Shown here: piece by piece, positions 30,982 to 40,587 of the stretch
How the letters are laid out: each line of letters opens with the position of its first letter
Position numbering within the stretch: the first letter of the stretch is position 1
Source: an uncultured Gammaproteobacteria bacterium
GTDB lineage: Bacteria; Pseudomonadota; Gammaproteobacteria; Arenicellales; Arenicellaceae
NCBI GenBank assembly: GCA_964420885.1
Contig: CAYQVT010000001.1
Location: forward strand, 1,848 to 65,847
DNA length: 64,000 bases
Direction: 5' to 3'
Program-made: the position numbers and the translations under genes
Notes under the pieces: model-generated
What the model was told of the DNA's origin: nothing
Seen by the model: the letters and a program-made list of their open reading frames with translations, nothing else
The model's database searches: none

Positions 30982-31779
30982 TTACGAAAGAATGTTTTCA
31001 ATTTTTTCCGTGACCGCTTTGATCTTACTGGGGTCTAGCGCATCTGGATGGGGGGCGCTAAACGCGCCTTTATCGTTATCAAAGTACAAACTCGATGCTG
31101 AAGAAAACTCCTCGGAAAGAGCCGCCCTTACCAAAATATCAACACCTATTTGTAAGTCTTTACCAGATGAGCCATAGGCTTCTTTAACCATCTTACTTCC
31201 CAAGAAAGAAGCAGGATTTACGGCAATAATTGCTGGCCCTTTATCAGCTTGGGTTTGAGCGACATAGCGCGACCACATCGTCAAGGCAAGCTTACTCTGC
31301 GCGTACGCTTGATCGTCACTTAAGCGGTTTGCCTCTCCGAGCGCATTAATATCCACAGGCGCTTGCGCGGCTGAAGAGAGATTGATAACACGCCCTTGCT
31401 TGCCTAACAATGGAGTAAGCTTTTCGGTAAGAAGATAAGGCGCGATGGTGTTGACGACAAATCGAATGTCTATTCCATTGTCGGCCGTCTTGTTTGGAAC
31501 TTTGTAAACGCCAGCATTATTAATTAACACATCGATGTATTGATGATCTTCAGACACGTCAGCCGCCAGCCGTTCTACGGTTTTGAAGTCAGAGAGATCC
31601 GCGGAATAAGCCCCAATTTTGGTTGTGCCGTAAGCTGAATTCAATTCGCTTTTGACGGCATCCAATTTATTTTGGCTACGGCCGTGCAACAAAACAGTGT
31701 GGCCTTGATTTACAAGTGCTTCAGCAGTTGCCTTACCGATGCCATCGGTTGAGCCTGTAATTAATATAATTTTCTTCAT
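30982..31779 (-). CDS. Short-chain dehydrogenase/reductase
   Basis: TGSTDGIG, NNAG and YAQSK motifs. Confidence 0.92.
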   Translation of the reverse strand: MKKIILITGSTDGIGKATAEALVNQGHTVLLHGRSQNKLDAVKSELNSAYGTTKIGAYSADLSDFKTVERLAADVSEDHQYIDVLINNAGVYKVPNKTADNGIDIRFVVNTIAPYLLTEKLTPLLGKQGRVINLSSAAQAPVDINALGEANRLSDDQAYAQSKLALTMWSRYVAQTQADKGPAIIAVNPASFLGSKMVKEAYGSSGKDLQIGVDILVRAALSEEFSSASSLYFDNDKGAFSAPHPDALDPSKIKAVTEKIENILS

Positions 31780-31938
31780 TGTTTTAACTTCCTTTCTTAT
31801 CAAAAATTGGCCTGTGTTGAAACACTGTATATAGACCGTCTAAATTGTTTAAAGAGTTTTAATCAAGGGCAAGCGCAGAATAAAACTAACCCTGAAAATG
31901 TTTTTAACTTATAAAAGCAATTATAGAAACCAAGGTGA

Positions 31939-32787
31939 TTAGTCGTTAACCTCTTGAACATCTATCACCATCTTTTCCCAGTTTCGTTGATTTTCCATAT
32001 CAAACTGAGCGCCTTGATCATCAGCCCATGTGAACCGAGTTAAGGCAGGTGTCTTGCTCGTAGCCTGATATAACCAATAGGCTTCAGCTTTGAGTGCCTC
32101 ATCAATAGGCTTGTCGATAGATTCATAAACTGTTTGTTTGCATGCATTGATTGACTCGGCCGGAAACTTTGCAATGCGTTTTGCTAAATTATCGACATAC
32201 TCACCAATTTCGTCCGGCTCTAACGCTTTGTTGATGGTGCCGTAGGCTTCGGCTTCGTCAGCGTCAAAATCGCGCGCACTCAAAATAATCTCTAATGCCC
32301 GACCTAAGCCGACCTGACGCGCCATACGAGATGCTCCACCACCGCAAGGAAGAATGCCCATACCGACTTCCATTTGCATGAATTTAAATTTGCCTCGTGC
32401 AGCGAATCGCATGTCACAGGCCAAGGCAAATTCGTGACCACCACCTCGCGCGAACCCTTCTAGTTTTGCAATGGTCGCTTGAGGAACACGACTGATGCGT
32501 TCGAGTATTGATTGAAGGTCCAAAAGCTTTGCTTCCTCTCTAGAAACCGCTTCCGAGGACATATCTTTCAACAGCTCAGTATCGTAGTGGCAGACCCAGA
32601 TCTCAGGATGTGCAGATTGGAAAACGACTACTTTCGTTTCACGATCTCGCTCGAGACGCATTGCTAAAGAATTTAGATCTTCCAACATTGCTTGGCCTTG
32701 AACATTTACTGGTGGTAAATCGATGGTTACTGTTAATACGCCATCATTTGCCGCAGCGCTAAAGGTTTTAAAGTTTTCGTAGTTCAT
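31939..32787 (-). CDS. Enoyl-CoA hydratase/isomerase family protein
   Basis: GFARGGGHEFALACDMRFA and MEVGMGILPCGGG motifs. Confidence 0.9.
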   Translation of the reverse strand: MNYENFKTFSAAANDGVLTVTIDLPPVNVQGQAMLEDLNSLAMRLERDRETKVVVFQSAHPEIWVCHYDTELLKDMSSEAVSREEAKLLDLQSILERISRVPQATIAKLEGFARGGGHEFALACDMRFAARGKFKFMQMEVGMGILPCGGGASRMARQVGLGRALEIILSARDFDADEAEAYGTINKALEPDEIGEYVDNLAKRIAKFPAESINACKQTVYESIDKPIDEALKAEAYWLYQATSKTPALTRFTWADDQGAQFDMENQRNWEKMVIDVQEVND

Positions 32788-33033
32788 GGCTTATTCCTAG
32801 ATAGGAGTCTGGTTTCAGTGAGCTTTCTACTCTAAAAAATTCTGAAACAATTGATAATGATTCAATTTATAGAATAAGTATCTATAAAATATTGATAATC
32901 GCTAAATGTGTATAAATCGCCAATTATATATATTTCATAGATTCTGAATCCTTAAAGATCTTCTTTATCAATATCAAGCTATCTAATAGAGTGGAAAAGT
33001 ATCGATCTATTAACTAATTTTGGAGAAAACGAC

Positions 33034-33972
33034 ATGAGTCTTAAAGAGACTAGTAATCAAATATCATCAGGCCAGTTGGCGATTGCACGAGCTCTAGAAT
33101 TGCCCTCTCAAGACGCCATGCTGAATCGAGATCCATCGGTATTACGTTTTTGGTCCGACGCTAAAGATGTTTTAAGTGCCGCTTGGCAAGAGTGGGAAGA
33201 ACGACAAAACGGGCTTCCCGTACTAGATGACTCTTTGCTTGATTCAAAACTTCGAACCGTGATCGAAGCCGCTTGGCAAGATCCCACGAAAGAGGTCTCA
33301 GTAGAAACACTGTGGAACGAGGTTTCCCCCGGTGTGTTTAAGGCTCAGTTTTTTGATCCGGAGCGCCTCAATCACCTACGCAGCTATTTTGATGAAATTC
33401 AACAAGCACAGATTCCACTACGCCCGCCATACGGTATCGCGCTGAATCGCTTTGGGGTAATGCTTGACGAACGTTCCGACGGCTTTTTAGCAGCGCCTAG
33501 TTTTCAATACTTCTATACCCAGCTGCTTGATAAATACATGCGGCCGCTTGCTCGATTATTGTTTCCAGAAATAATGGGTTATGACACGCAGACCTTTGGG
33601 TTTTCCATTAAATATCAACCAGGATTAGACACCTCTCTTCAGCTGCATTCTGATGCCTCTGCGACTACGTTAAACATCAACCTCAATTTGCCAGACGAAA
33701 CATTTACCGGCTCTGAAGTTGATTTTTATGACCCAACGACTGGCAAGGCAAACAGATTAACCTTTGAACCTGGTACAGCGATGATTCACAAAGGCACGGT
33801 CGCGCATGCTGCGCAACCAATTACCGGTGGCAAGCGTACCAACATGGTGCTGTGGTTGTATGGTGATCGTATGCAGCTGCCTCCAAGGTTTGGTTCAACT
33901 GACCGGGCATACAGCGCCCATGAACACTGGACCGTTCCGTCAACAGCTAAAGACGAATTTGCTCCTTTTTAA
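33034..33972 (+). CDS. 2OG-Fe(II) oxygenase
   Basis: HSD...H(AAQPITGGK)R facial triad plus 2OG-binding Arg. Confidence 0.85.
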   Translation: MSLKETSNQISSGQLAIARALELPSQDAMLNRDPSVLRFWSDAKDVLSAAWQEWEERQNGLPVLDDSLLDSKLRTVIEAAWQDPTKEVSVETLWNEVSPGVFKAQFFDPERLNHLRSYFDEIQQAQIPLRPPYGIALNRFGVMLDERSDGFLAAPSFQYFYTQLLDKYMRPLARLLFPEIMGYDTQTFGFSIKYQPGLDTSLQLHSDASATTLNINLNLPDETFTGSEVDFYDPTTGKANRLTFEPGTAMIHKGTVAHAAQPITGGKRTNMVLWLYGDRMQLPPRFGSTDRAYSAHEHWTVPSTAKDEFAPF

Positions 33973-34046
33973 ATCAGGTTAAATTGACCCGAGTCAGCAG
34001 ACGCATGCGTCAACACATATTAACTCAAAGCCCAATTAGCAATATC

Positions 34047-35231
34047 ATGCCAAACGAAAATGTCAGACGCTCGGTTTTTATCAACCCAGTTATTGCTCGA
34101 AACAAATATGAAGCTCATCGCACGGCAACGCCGTTAGAACTTTTCTATGACTTAGTGTATGTCGTCGCGATCGCGTTTCTTGCTGGACAGTTACACCACG
34201 CAATCACTCAATGGCATCACGTACCGCATGCAATTTTGATGTATTTGTGGATCTTCTGGTGCGTCTGGTGGCCATGGAATACATATACATTTTTTGCGTC
34301 GGGTTACGACACCGATGATACCCAGTTTAGACTGGCTTCCTTTGTACAGATGATCGGCGTTATCATCGTTGCCATTGGGATTAAGCCCGCGTTCCTAGAA
34401 GAAAATTTTCTCTACATTATGCTTGGCTACCTTGTGATGCGTATCCCTTACATCTTAATGTGGATGAAGGTCGCCCGTGATGATATTCAGTCTCGCCCTG
34501 TTGCTATACGTTACGCCGTGGGTGTGTTTTTAGTGCAGTGCGGATGGACGTTTACGGTCTTGTTCTACCAAAGTTGGATGGCGTGGATCTGTTTGCTCGC
34601 CTGTGAATTGATAGTGCCTTGGTTTGCCGAACGTTCGGTGGCAAAAGGCGAGAATACAAAATACCATGCAGAGCATCTTGAAGAGCGCATGGGGCTGTTA
34701 ACTATCATTGTTCTTGGTGAATCTATCTTAGCGTCGGTCAATGCTTTCGATAGTGTATTCAATCACTTTACGCCTGAATTAGGCCTGATCGTATCAGGCG
34801 CACTACTCATTCTATTTTCGATGTGGTGGTTATACTTTGACGATAAAGTTGAACAAGAATTGCATAATGAAACCACCTGCTTTATTTGGTCTTACGGGCA
34901 TTACTTTATATTTGGTGCTGCGGCAGCCGTTGGCGCTCTTATCAGTGTCTGTGTTGATGCAGCCTCGGTTCATGGCCATATAACGATGGATAAGGCGGTA
35001 CTCGGTTTGGCCATTGCTCTGTCTATCTATTTAATCGCTATCTGGTTATGCCACGATTTCATTCTGAAAAAGACGGGAATTGTGCGTTTCGAGTTATTGA
35101 TTCTTGCTACCGTGGTGCTTGTCTTAGCCATCGCGACTAACAGTATCTTATTAATTGGGTTGGCATTTGTAACTCTGAACGTGTTTCGTTTATGGCGAAG
35201 GCATAAAGGCTTTAAGCAGCTAAATTCTTAA
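34047..35231 (+). CDS. Low temperature requirement protein A (LtrA) family membrane protein
   Basis: ATPLELFYDLVYV, HLEERMGLLTIIVLGES, WWLYF and YGH motifs; ORF track starts at 33984. Confidence 0.88.
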   Translation: MPNENVRRSVFINPVIARNKYEAHRTATPLELFYDLVYVVAIAFLAGQLHHAITQWHHVPHAILMYLWIFWCVWWPWNTYTFFASGYDTDDTQFRLASFVQMIGVIIVAIGIKPAFLEENFLYIMLGYLVMRIPYILMWMKVARDDIQSRPVAIRYAVGVFLVQCGWTFTVLFYQSWMAWICLLACELIVPWFAERSVAKGENTKYHAEHLEERMGLLTIIVLGESILASVNAFDSVFNHFTPELGLIVSGALLILFSMWWLYFDDKVEQELHNETTCFIWSYGHYFIFGAAAAVGALISVCVDAASVHGHITMDKAVLGLAIALSIYLIAIWLCHDFILKKTGIVRFELLILATVVLVLAIATNSILLIGLAFVTLNVFRLWRRHKGFKQLNS

Positions 35232-35613
35232 TCGCTCTACAACTCATCTGAGGCAAGCAGTTGGTTCAATTAGCCTTCAAGATTTCTGGTCAAAGAGACT
35301 GTGCTAGCCACCTTTGTTTAATATAAGGTAGCCGGCCAGCGTCTCTAGTATCGGTTTTGTCCTGAATTTATTATTGGATCAGCCTTCGAACGTAGACAAT
35401 TCCTGAACAACGGTACAGCCTAAAATAACAGGCTTTGAGGGCTCGAACCGTTTAGCGCTTAGAATTAAACCAGTCTTCTAGATACTCAATACAACTAACG
35501 AGGATAGGAGGAACAAAATGTCGAGCCGGATACAAAGCATACAAGGTTAAATAGGGCCGCTCCAAGCGCGGTAGAACTTCTACAACTTCTATATAAACAT
35601 AAATTCCTTTCAT

Positions 35614-36753
35614 TCAAACCGTTTGGTTGGAATTAGGTTTATCGTAAATTTTTCTAATCCACGAATTCATTGGTCTCGAGAAATAGCGCTCTACAGCGTA
35701 ACCCAATAGGCCTGACATTATCACAATGCCAATTAACCAAATGAAAGAATCATTTAGGCTTATTTCGAATTCTCTATATAAGCTAACGCCCGTTAAAACA
35801 ACAAAAGCGTGAGTTAAATAGACTTCATAACTAAGTCGACCGTAAATAATTAGAGGCGATAGCAATGTTCGAAGCAGCGGCTGAAGTTCTTGCCTAACAG
35901 AAGAAACGAGCAGTAGTCCAACGCCGATTGAAAGTAGCGTTTTAAACAAATAATATTCACTCAAAATACTGAAAGATGAGCCACGCTTTTCCATAAGAAC
36001 AAATATGACTATCACTAAGCCAAGAACTGAAAAAGCTCGCGTGAAGGGCTTTGATATTGTTGTTTTATGACTTATCAAAGCAAATAGGCAACCCATTGAG
36101 ATTGAGTCCATGCAGGAAAGATATGCTTTGCTTTGCCATATTTTGTTTGTTTCTAAGAAAAGCCTATTGAGTGGCCCAGCAATAACTAACGCTATTAGTA
36201 GAAAATACAGAATCTCTTTCTTTCTCGAGATTAGGCAAGCGAGAGGAAATATAAGATAGAAAACTTCTTCAACACTTAACGACCATAGAACATCCCAGGC
36301 GGCGGGCAGATATCCTTTCATACCCTCCAGCCAGTTTAAGTGAAACGTTAATGCCGAAAACAAAGCTTCAAGGTAGTTAAACTTGGTACTGATAACGTAG
36401 CCCTTTATTCCTAAAAAGTGCAAAGCGGTCAATATCATCAATAGGCCAATCAGGCAGGGCGCTATTCTTGCGAGTCTAAATATATAGAATTGCTTGGCAT
36501 TAATATTGCGGAGATCGGAATACCTTCTCAATGACACCAAAGTAATTATAAAGCCCGAAATCACAAAAAAGATTCGCACTCCTTCATTCCCACTCACGAA
36601 AATGGCATTAATAATCGAGTCAGGAATGTTAGTCAGTAACTCTGCTTTATCAAAAGGAATTCTCAACTGCACGTGCCTGATGACCACAAGCAAAATCGCT
36701 GTTCCCCGAAGCATGTCAATAACGTCGTATCTACCACTGGCTTTCTTATTCAC
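35614..36753 (-). CDS. Acyltransferase-3 (OafA-like) membrane O-acyltransferase
   Basis: DMLRG.AILLV, FFVISGF, RLARI.P, WSLSVEE.FY and SYEVYLTH motifs. Confidence 0.9.
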   Translation of the reverse strand: MNKKASGRYDVIDMLRGTAILLVVIRHVQLRIPFDKAELLTNIPDSIINAIFVSGNEGVRIFFVISGFIITLVSLRRYSDLRNINAKQFYIFRLARIAPCLIGLLMILTALHFLGIKGYVISTKFNYLEALFSALTFHLNWLEGMKGYLPAAWDVLWSLSVEEVFYLIFPLACLISRKKEILYFLLIALVIAGPLNRLFLETNKIWQSKAYLSCMDSISMGCLFALISHKTTISKPFTRAFSVLGLVIVIFVLMEKRGSSFSILSEYYLFKTLLSIGVGLLLVSSVRQELQPLLRTLLSPLIIYGRLSYEVYLTHAFVVLTGVSLYREFEISLNDSFIWLIGIVIMSGLLGYAVERYFSRPMNSWIRKIYDKPNSNQTV

Positions 36754-37000
36754 AACCGTCCCCTAATTGATAAAGAGCTCTCTGAATATGCAAGTGATGA
36801 ATTTTAACGAGATAGCGCGGTGAAATTTGTGTGGTTTCTATGAGGTTTTTTACTTTCAGAACATCAAATGAAAGTTTTTGTACGAATCTAGAATGCGCGA
36901 TATGGCAAAGAGCCGCCGTCAACGTTGTCTTCTAGTTTGTTGTTTTCTAGTTTGATGACGAACGTCATACCAGACGAGCTCACCAATTCTGGCGGCGCAC

Positions 37001-37600
37001 TCAGTAAAGCCAAGGTCGCAGTTGTTTATCTCTCTGTGCGAAACTGTCGATCAATGCTTGATGTCGTTGAGTCGCTGAGATTGGGTCTATGCCCTCAAGC
37101 AACGAAAGTTTGTCGTTGTTGGCAATATTGAACCAGTATGAAGTCTGGTCGCGCGTTATGGTTTGCGAGCAGAGGTCTACCGTGAGCTCTTTTATTTGGC
37201 TATTGCTCAGCTGCTGAATGTCCGCTTTTTCTAGTTTTATTGGCAGTATGCCATTTGCGATGCAATTGCTATAAAAGATGGCGCCGAAGCTTTCTGCAAT
37301 AATGCATCGAATGCCGAACTCTTTTAGGGCCCAAACTGCGTGTTCGCGTGATGAGCCACAGCCAAAGTTATCGCCACTGAGTAAAATGCTCGCGCCTTTA
37401 AAGCTCTGTGAATTGAGTACAAAGTCTGGGTTTAGCGTTCGTTTCGTGGCATCCGAATAGCGCCATGCGGCAAATAAGCCATCACTTAAACCGAGCTTTG
37501 ATACGGTTTTCATTTCGCGCGACGGAATGATGGAGTCGGTATCGATATTGTTTCGAATAAGTGGCGCTGCTATGCCTGTATGAGTGATAAACTTATCCAT
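37001..37600 (-). CDS. leuD: Isopropylmalate isomerase small-subunit paralogue (maleate-type hydratase candidate)
   Basis: NIDTDSIIP, NFGCGSSREHA and SFGAIFYSN motifs; start overlaps the large-subunit stop. Confidence 0.88.
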   Translation of the reverse strand: MDKFITHTGIAAPLIRNNIDTDSIIPSREMKTVSKLGLSDGLFAAWRYSDATKRTLNPDFVLNSQSFKGASILLSGDNFGCGSSREHAVWALKEFGIRCIIAESFGAIFYSNCIANGILPIKLEKADIQQLSNSQIKELTVDLCSQTITRDQTSYWFNIANNDKLSLLEGIDPISATQRHQALIDSFAQRDKQLRPWLY

Positions 37601-39005
37601 TATCGGCCCCTCGTATGTACCCAGCGCAAGCCGACGCGGCAACGGTAAGAGGGCTGGCGATATGTGTTTTGACCATAGGGCCTTGGCGGCCTTCGAAATT
37701 CCTATTGGTGCTGGAAATAATTCGTTTACCTACACCAAATGTTTCACCACCGGCGTAAAAACACATTGAACAGCCCGATTCGCGCCACTCAAATCCGGCG
37801 TCAATTAGCACTTTGTCGATTCCCTCTTTCTCAGCCGCACGTTTAACCGAGCGCGAGCCCGGCACACAAATTGCTGAAACACCCTCGGCAACCCGTTTGC
37901 CTTTTAAGTAGTTTGCAACTAGGCGGAGATCACTTAATCGGCTATTGGTACAAGAGCCGATAAAGGCGGCATCTACTTTAATTTGTTCAAAACGTTGGCC
38001 TGGCGCCACTTCCATGTAATCCTGAGCTTTTCGCATTGATTCGCGCCGGTCATTTGAGTAGTTGCTCGATTGATCAGGACAAGGGACAACATCATTCACA
38101 GCAATCGCGTCTTGTGGGCTGGTACCCCAGGTAACACTTGGCCTAATCTCAGTGCAATTTATACTCACTTCTTTGTCAAATTCAGCGTCGGGGTCCGAAT
38201 GCAGGTCTTTCCAATGTCTGATCGCGCTTTCCCAGTGCTCGTCTTTTGGCGCATACTCGCGGCCTTTAAGATATTCGAAGCAAATGTCATCGGGCGCTAT
38301 AAGACCGGTGAAGGCGGAGAATTCAACGGCCATGTTGCACAGCGTTAATCGTGCTTCCACTTCAAGTGCGCGTATGGCTGTGCCAGAAAATTCAACCGCA
38401 TGGCCTAAGCCACCGGTGGTACCCAGCTCAGCAATCAGGTGAATAATCATATCTTTGGCTGTTACGCCTGCGCGGAGCCTACCTTCAAAGTTTACGCGCA
38501 TGGTTTTAGGTTTATTAACCTTAAGCGTTTTGGTCGCTAAAGCGTGTTCTGTATCGGTCGACCCGATACCCCAAGCCAGTGCGCCTAGACCCCCTAATGT
38601 GCAGGTATGGCTATCGGGACACACAATAGTAATACCCGGTAAGGCGATTCCAAGTTCTGGCGACACCACATGCGCAATGCCTTGTTGAGGATGGTCTAAG
38701 TCAAATAAAGTGATGCCCGCGTTTTTTGCTGCGCGTCGAGTTGCCGAAATAAACTTTTCACCCCCCGGCATCTCGGTTTTATCAGTGCGGCCCGGTTTCG
38801 TGCTGACTATGTGATCCATGGTGCAAAATACGGTTTCAGGATGCAACACTTCTAGCTCGCTCTGTTCGAGGTTTAGCAGCGCGATACTGCCCGTGCGTTC
38901 ATGCAAGAATATTCTGTCTACATTAAGCAGATATTCATCATCGTCCAGATGCTTAATCTCATGTAGTTGCCAAAGTTTCTCGAAAAGTGTTAACGGCTTA
39001 GTCAC
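37593..39005 (-). CDS. leuC: Isopropylmalate isomerase large-subunit paralogue ([4Fe-4S] hydratase)
   Basis: HE, DH, DSHT, IGSCTNSR, GCSMC and STNRNFEGRQG motifs; no leuA/leuB nearby. Confidence 0.88.
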   Translation of the reverse strand: MTKPLTLFEKLWQLHEIKHLDDDEYLLNVDRIFLHERTGSIALLNLEQSELEVLHPETVFCTMDHIVSTKPGRTDKTEMPGGEKFISATRRAAKNAGITLFDLDHPQQGIAHVVSPELGIALPGITIVCPDSHTCTLGGLGALAWGIGSTDTEHALATKTLKVNKPKTMRVNFEGRLRAGVTAKDMIIHLIAELGTTGGLGHAVEFSGTAIRALEVEARLTLCNMAVEFSAFTGLIAPDDICFEYLKGREYAPKDEHWESAIRHWKDLHSDPDAEFDKEVSINCTEIRPSVTWGTSPQDAIAVNDVVPCPDQSSNYSNDRRESMRKAQDYMEVAPGQRFEQIKVDAAFIGSCTNSRLSDLRLVANYLKGKRVAEGVSAICVPGSRSVKRAAEKEGIDKVLIDAGFEWRESGCSMCFYAGGETFGVGKRIISSTNRNFEGRQGPMVKTHIASPLTVAASACAGYIRGADNG

Positions 39006-39042
39006 AAATTTTACTGAGGGTTTATTTGTATTATTGTAGTTT

Positions 39043-39068
39043 AATCATAAAGATATAACATTATAACA
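39043..39068. promoter_or_regulatory. 26-bp cluster operator, site 1
   Basis: Reverse strand reads TGTTATAATGTTATATCTTTATGATT, upstream of the leuC-like gene. Confidence 0.65.
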
Positions 39069-39143
39069 AATAAAGCAAAGAATGAGTACAACACACGGTC
39101 AGTGGTCTAGCGGCTGATAGTGAATTTTTTCGAGAAGGTTAAT

Positions 39144-39452
39144 TCACGACCAAACCTTGCCGCCAATCCATTTTCCGGCTGCTGGCATGAATGTAGAAAA
39201 TGAGTAACTACGATAGACTCCAGCTTTAACATATGGGTCGTTGTCGAATAATTGTTTTGCTTCTTCAACATCGTCGGTGTCGTAAATAAAGCAGCTACCG
39301 TCATAGTGTGCAGCTTGTAGTTGATTAATTGGGCCAGCTACTGCGAGCTTGTCTAAGATACCTTCGATATACCTAAAATGTGATTGTAAATGTTGTTTAC
39401 GAAGTCCTTGTGCATTATCGCCGTCGTGGCAGATTACGATGATAGCCATCAA
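39144..39452 (-). CDS. YciI family protein
   Basis: R..H...H..Y, AGP, GS and DPY..AGVY motifs. Confidence 0.85.
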   Translation of the reverse strand: MMAIIVICHDGDNAQGLRKQHLQSHFRYIEGILDKLAVAGPINQLQAAHYDGSCFIYDTDDVEEAKQLFDNDPYVKAGVYRSYSFSTFMPAAGKWIGGKVWS

Positions 39453-39521
39453 TATTTACCTCTCGTTGCAGCCTGGCTGATCTTATTCTCTATTTTAAAG
39501 AAAATGCCGGTAGCGAACAGT

Positions 39522-39558
39522 AATGGCCGATAGTTATCTGAAGATAAGATCGGCCATT
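39522..39558 (-). terminator. Stem-loop downstream of the cupin gene
   Basis: AATGGCCGAT..TTATC-TGAA-GATAA-GATCGGCCATT. Confidence 0.5.
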
Positions 39559-39592
39559 GAATTTAAGTTAGCTAGCGTTGATGTTGTTTTAC

Positions 39593-40495
39593 TTATTGAT
39601 AATTAGGATCTTTCCATTCGCCCACAGACCTCGATCGTACGGGTTGAAGTAGCTTCGGTTCTTCGGTATCAGGGTAACCTTCTCCCCAGTTTTGTGGGTC
39701 ACCGAACATTTCGACTCGTGCGTTATCTGTATACCAATCTACCAAGTCGCCATCACATCGTAATAAAAAAGTGGCGCCTTCTTCATCACCCGCCACAAAA
39801 TCACCGTGGCGAATGTGTGCGGGGCGAAAGAAGTAAGTTCCTGCATGTAAGCTGCCGTAGTTGTAATGGAAATCACCAGCTAAAGTATATGATTCTTCAA
39901 ATACTGGGTGGTGCGCTAGCGGATGTTCCTTCCAACCTGGCTTGGCTTTGATTAAGCGCGTATAGAAACCAGTAATAGGGTCTCGATACATAAGCTTAAT
40001 ATAGAGCCCTGGTACCGGCGTGCCGCCGCGTTCGAAGTTCATGGGACTGCCGTTATCGGGGTCGGTAACTTCGTACCAATCCATTTCGTTTGTATGAGCG
40101 ATGGTAAGTTCGTGCTCTTTAGCGGTCCCGGGTCGATCAGCCGAAGCAGGTTCGAATTTCCAGTCACCATATTCACGAAATAACAGCACTTCAGTGCCAG
40201 CCGTGACCATCATTGCCGGAGTGAGTATGCCTTTGGGCGCGCAGAAATAACTGCCTTCGGTAAGCACTTCGTCGCCTAGGCGAACTTCGCCCTTAAGTAC
40301 ATACCACTCAACCAGTGCTGCGTGAAGACCAGAGACTCGGGTCCAATCCGTTTTGAAAATTACTCGAGTCGACGCTGAACCGTCTTCTTCGTCATAACTT
40401 AAGTTTTGTTGTTCGGCTTCGCCTTGCCCTAGTGGTAGCTCAGCGATGTGCCAAATTAGATCATCTTGGTGGATGAACTCTACGTGTGGTCTCAT
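39593..40495 (-). CDS. Bicupin protein (DUF4437/ChrR-like), candidate dioxygenase
   Basis: Two cupin repeats: H...EWYVL.G and HHPVFEESY.L.G...YFFRPAHIRHG. Confidence 0.7.
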   Translation of the reverse strand: MRPHVEFIHQDDLIWHIAELPLGQGEAEQQNLSYDEEDGSASTRVIFKTDWTRVSGLHAALVEWYVLKGEVRLGDEVLTEGSYFCAPKGILTPAMMVTAGTEVLLFREYGDWKFEPASADRPGTAKEHELTIAHTNEMDWYEVTDPDNGSPMNFERGGTPVPGLYIKLMYRDPITGFYTRLIKAKPGWKEHPLAHHPVFEESYTLAGDFHYNYGSLHAGTYFFRPAHIRHGDFVAGDEEGATFLLRCDGDLVDWYTDNARVEMFGDPQNWGEGYPDTEEPKLLQPVRSRSVGEWKDPNYQ

Positions 40496-40587
40496 TATTA
40501 ATCTCCAAAAGTGTCTGTAGAGTTAAAGTAGCAGAAGCTAGAAATAGATAATAATAGATAATTATTTCTGATTAGATAGATAAAAAT

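Noticed and set aside
15207-36920. Classical integron with attC sites
   Set aside because: No intI; the repeats lack RYYYAAC...GTTRRRY ends; modules occur on both strands
37001-39005. Leucine biosynthesis operon
   Set aside because: No leuA/leuB or attenuator; embedded in a catabolic regulon
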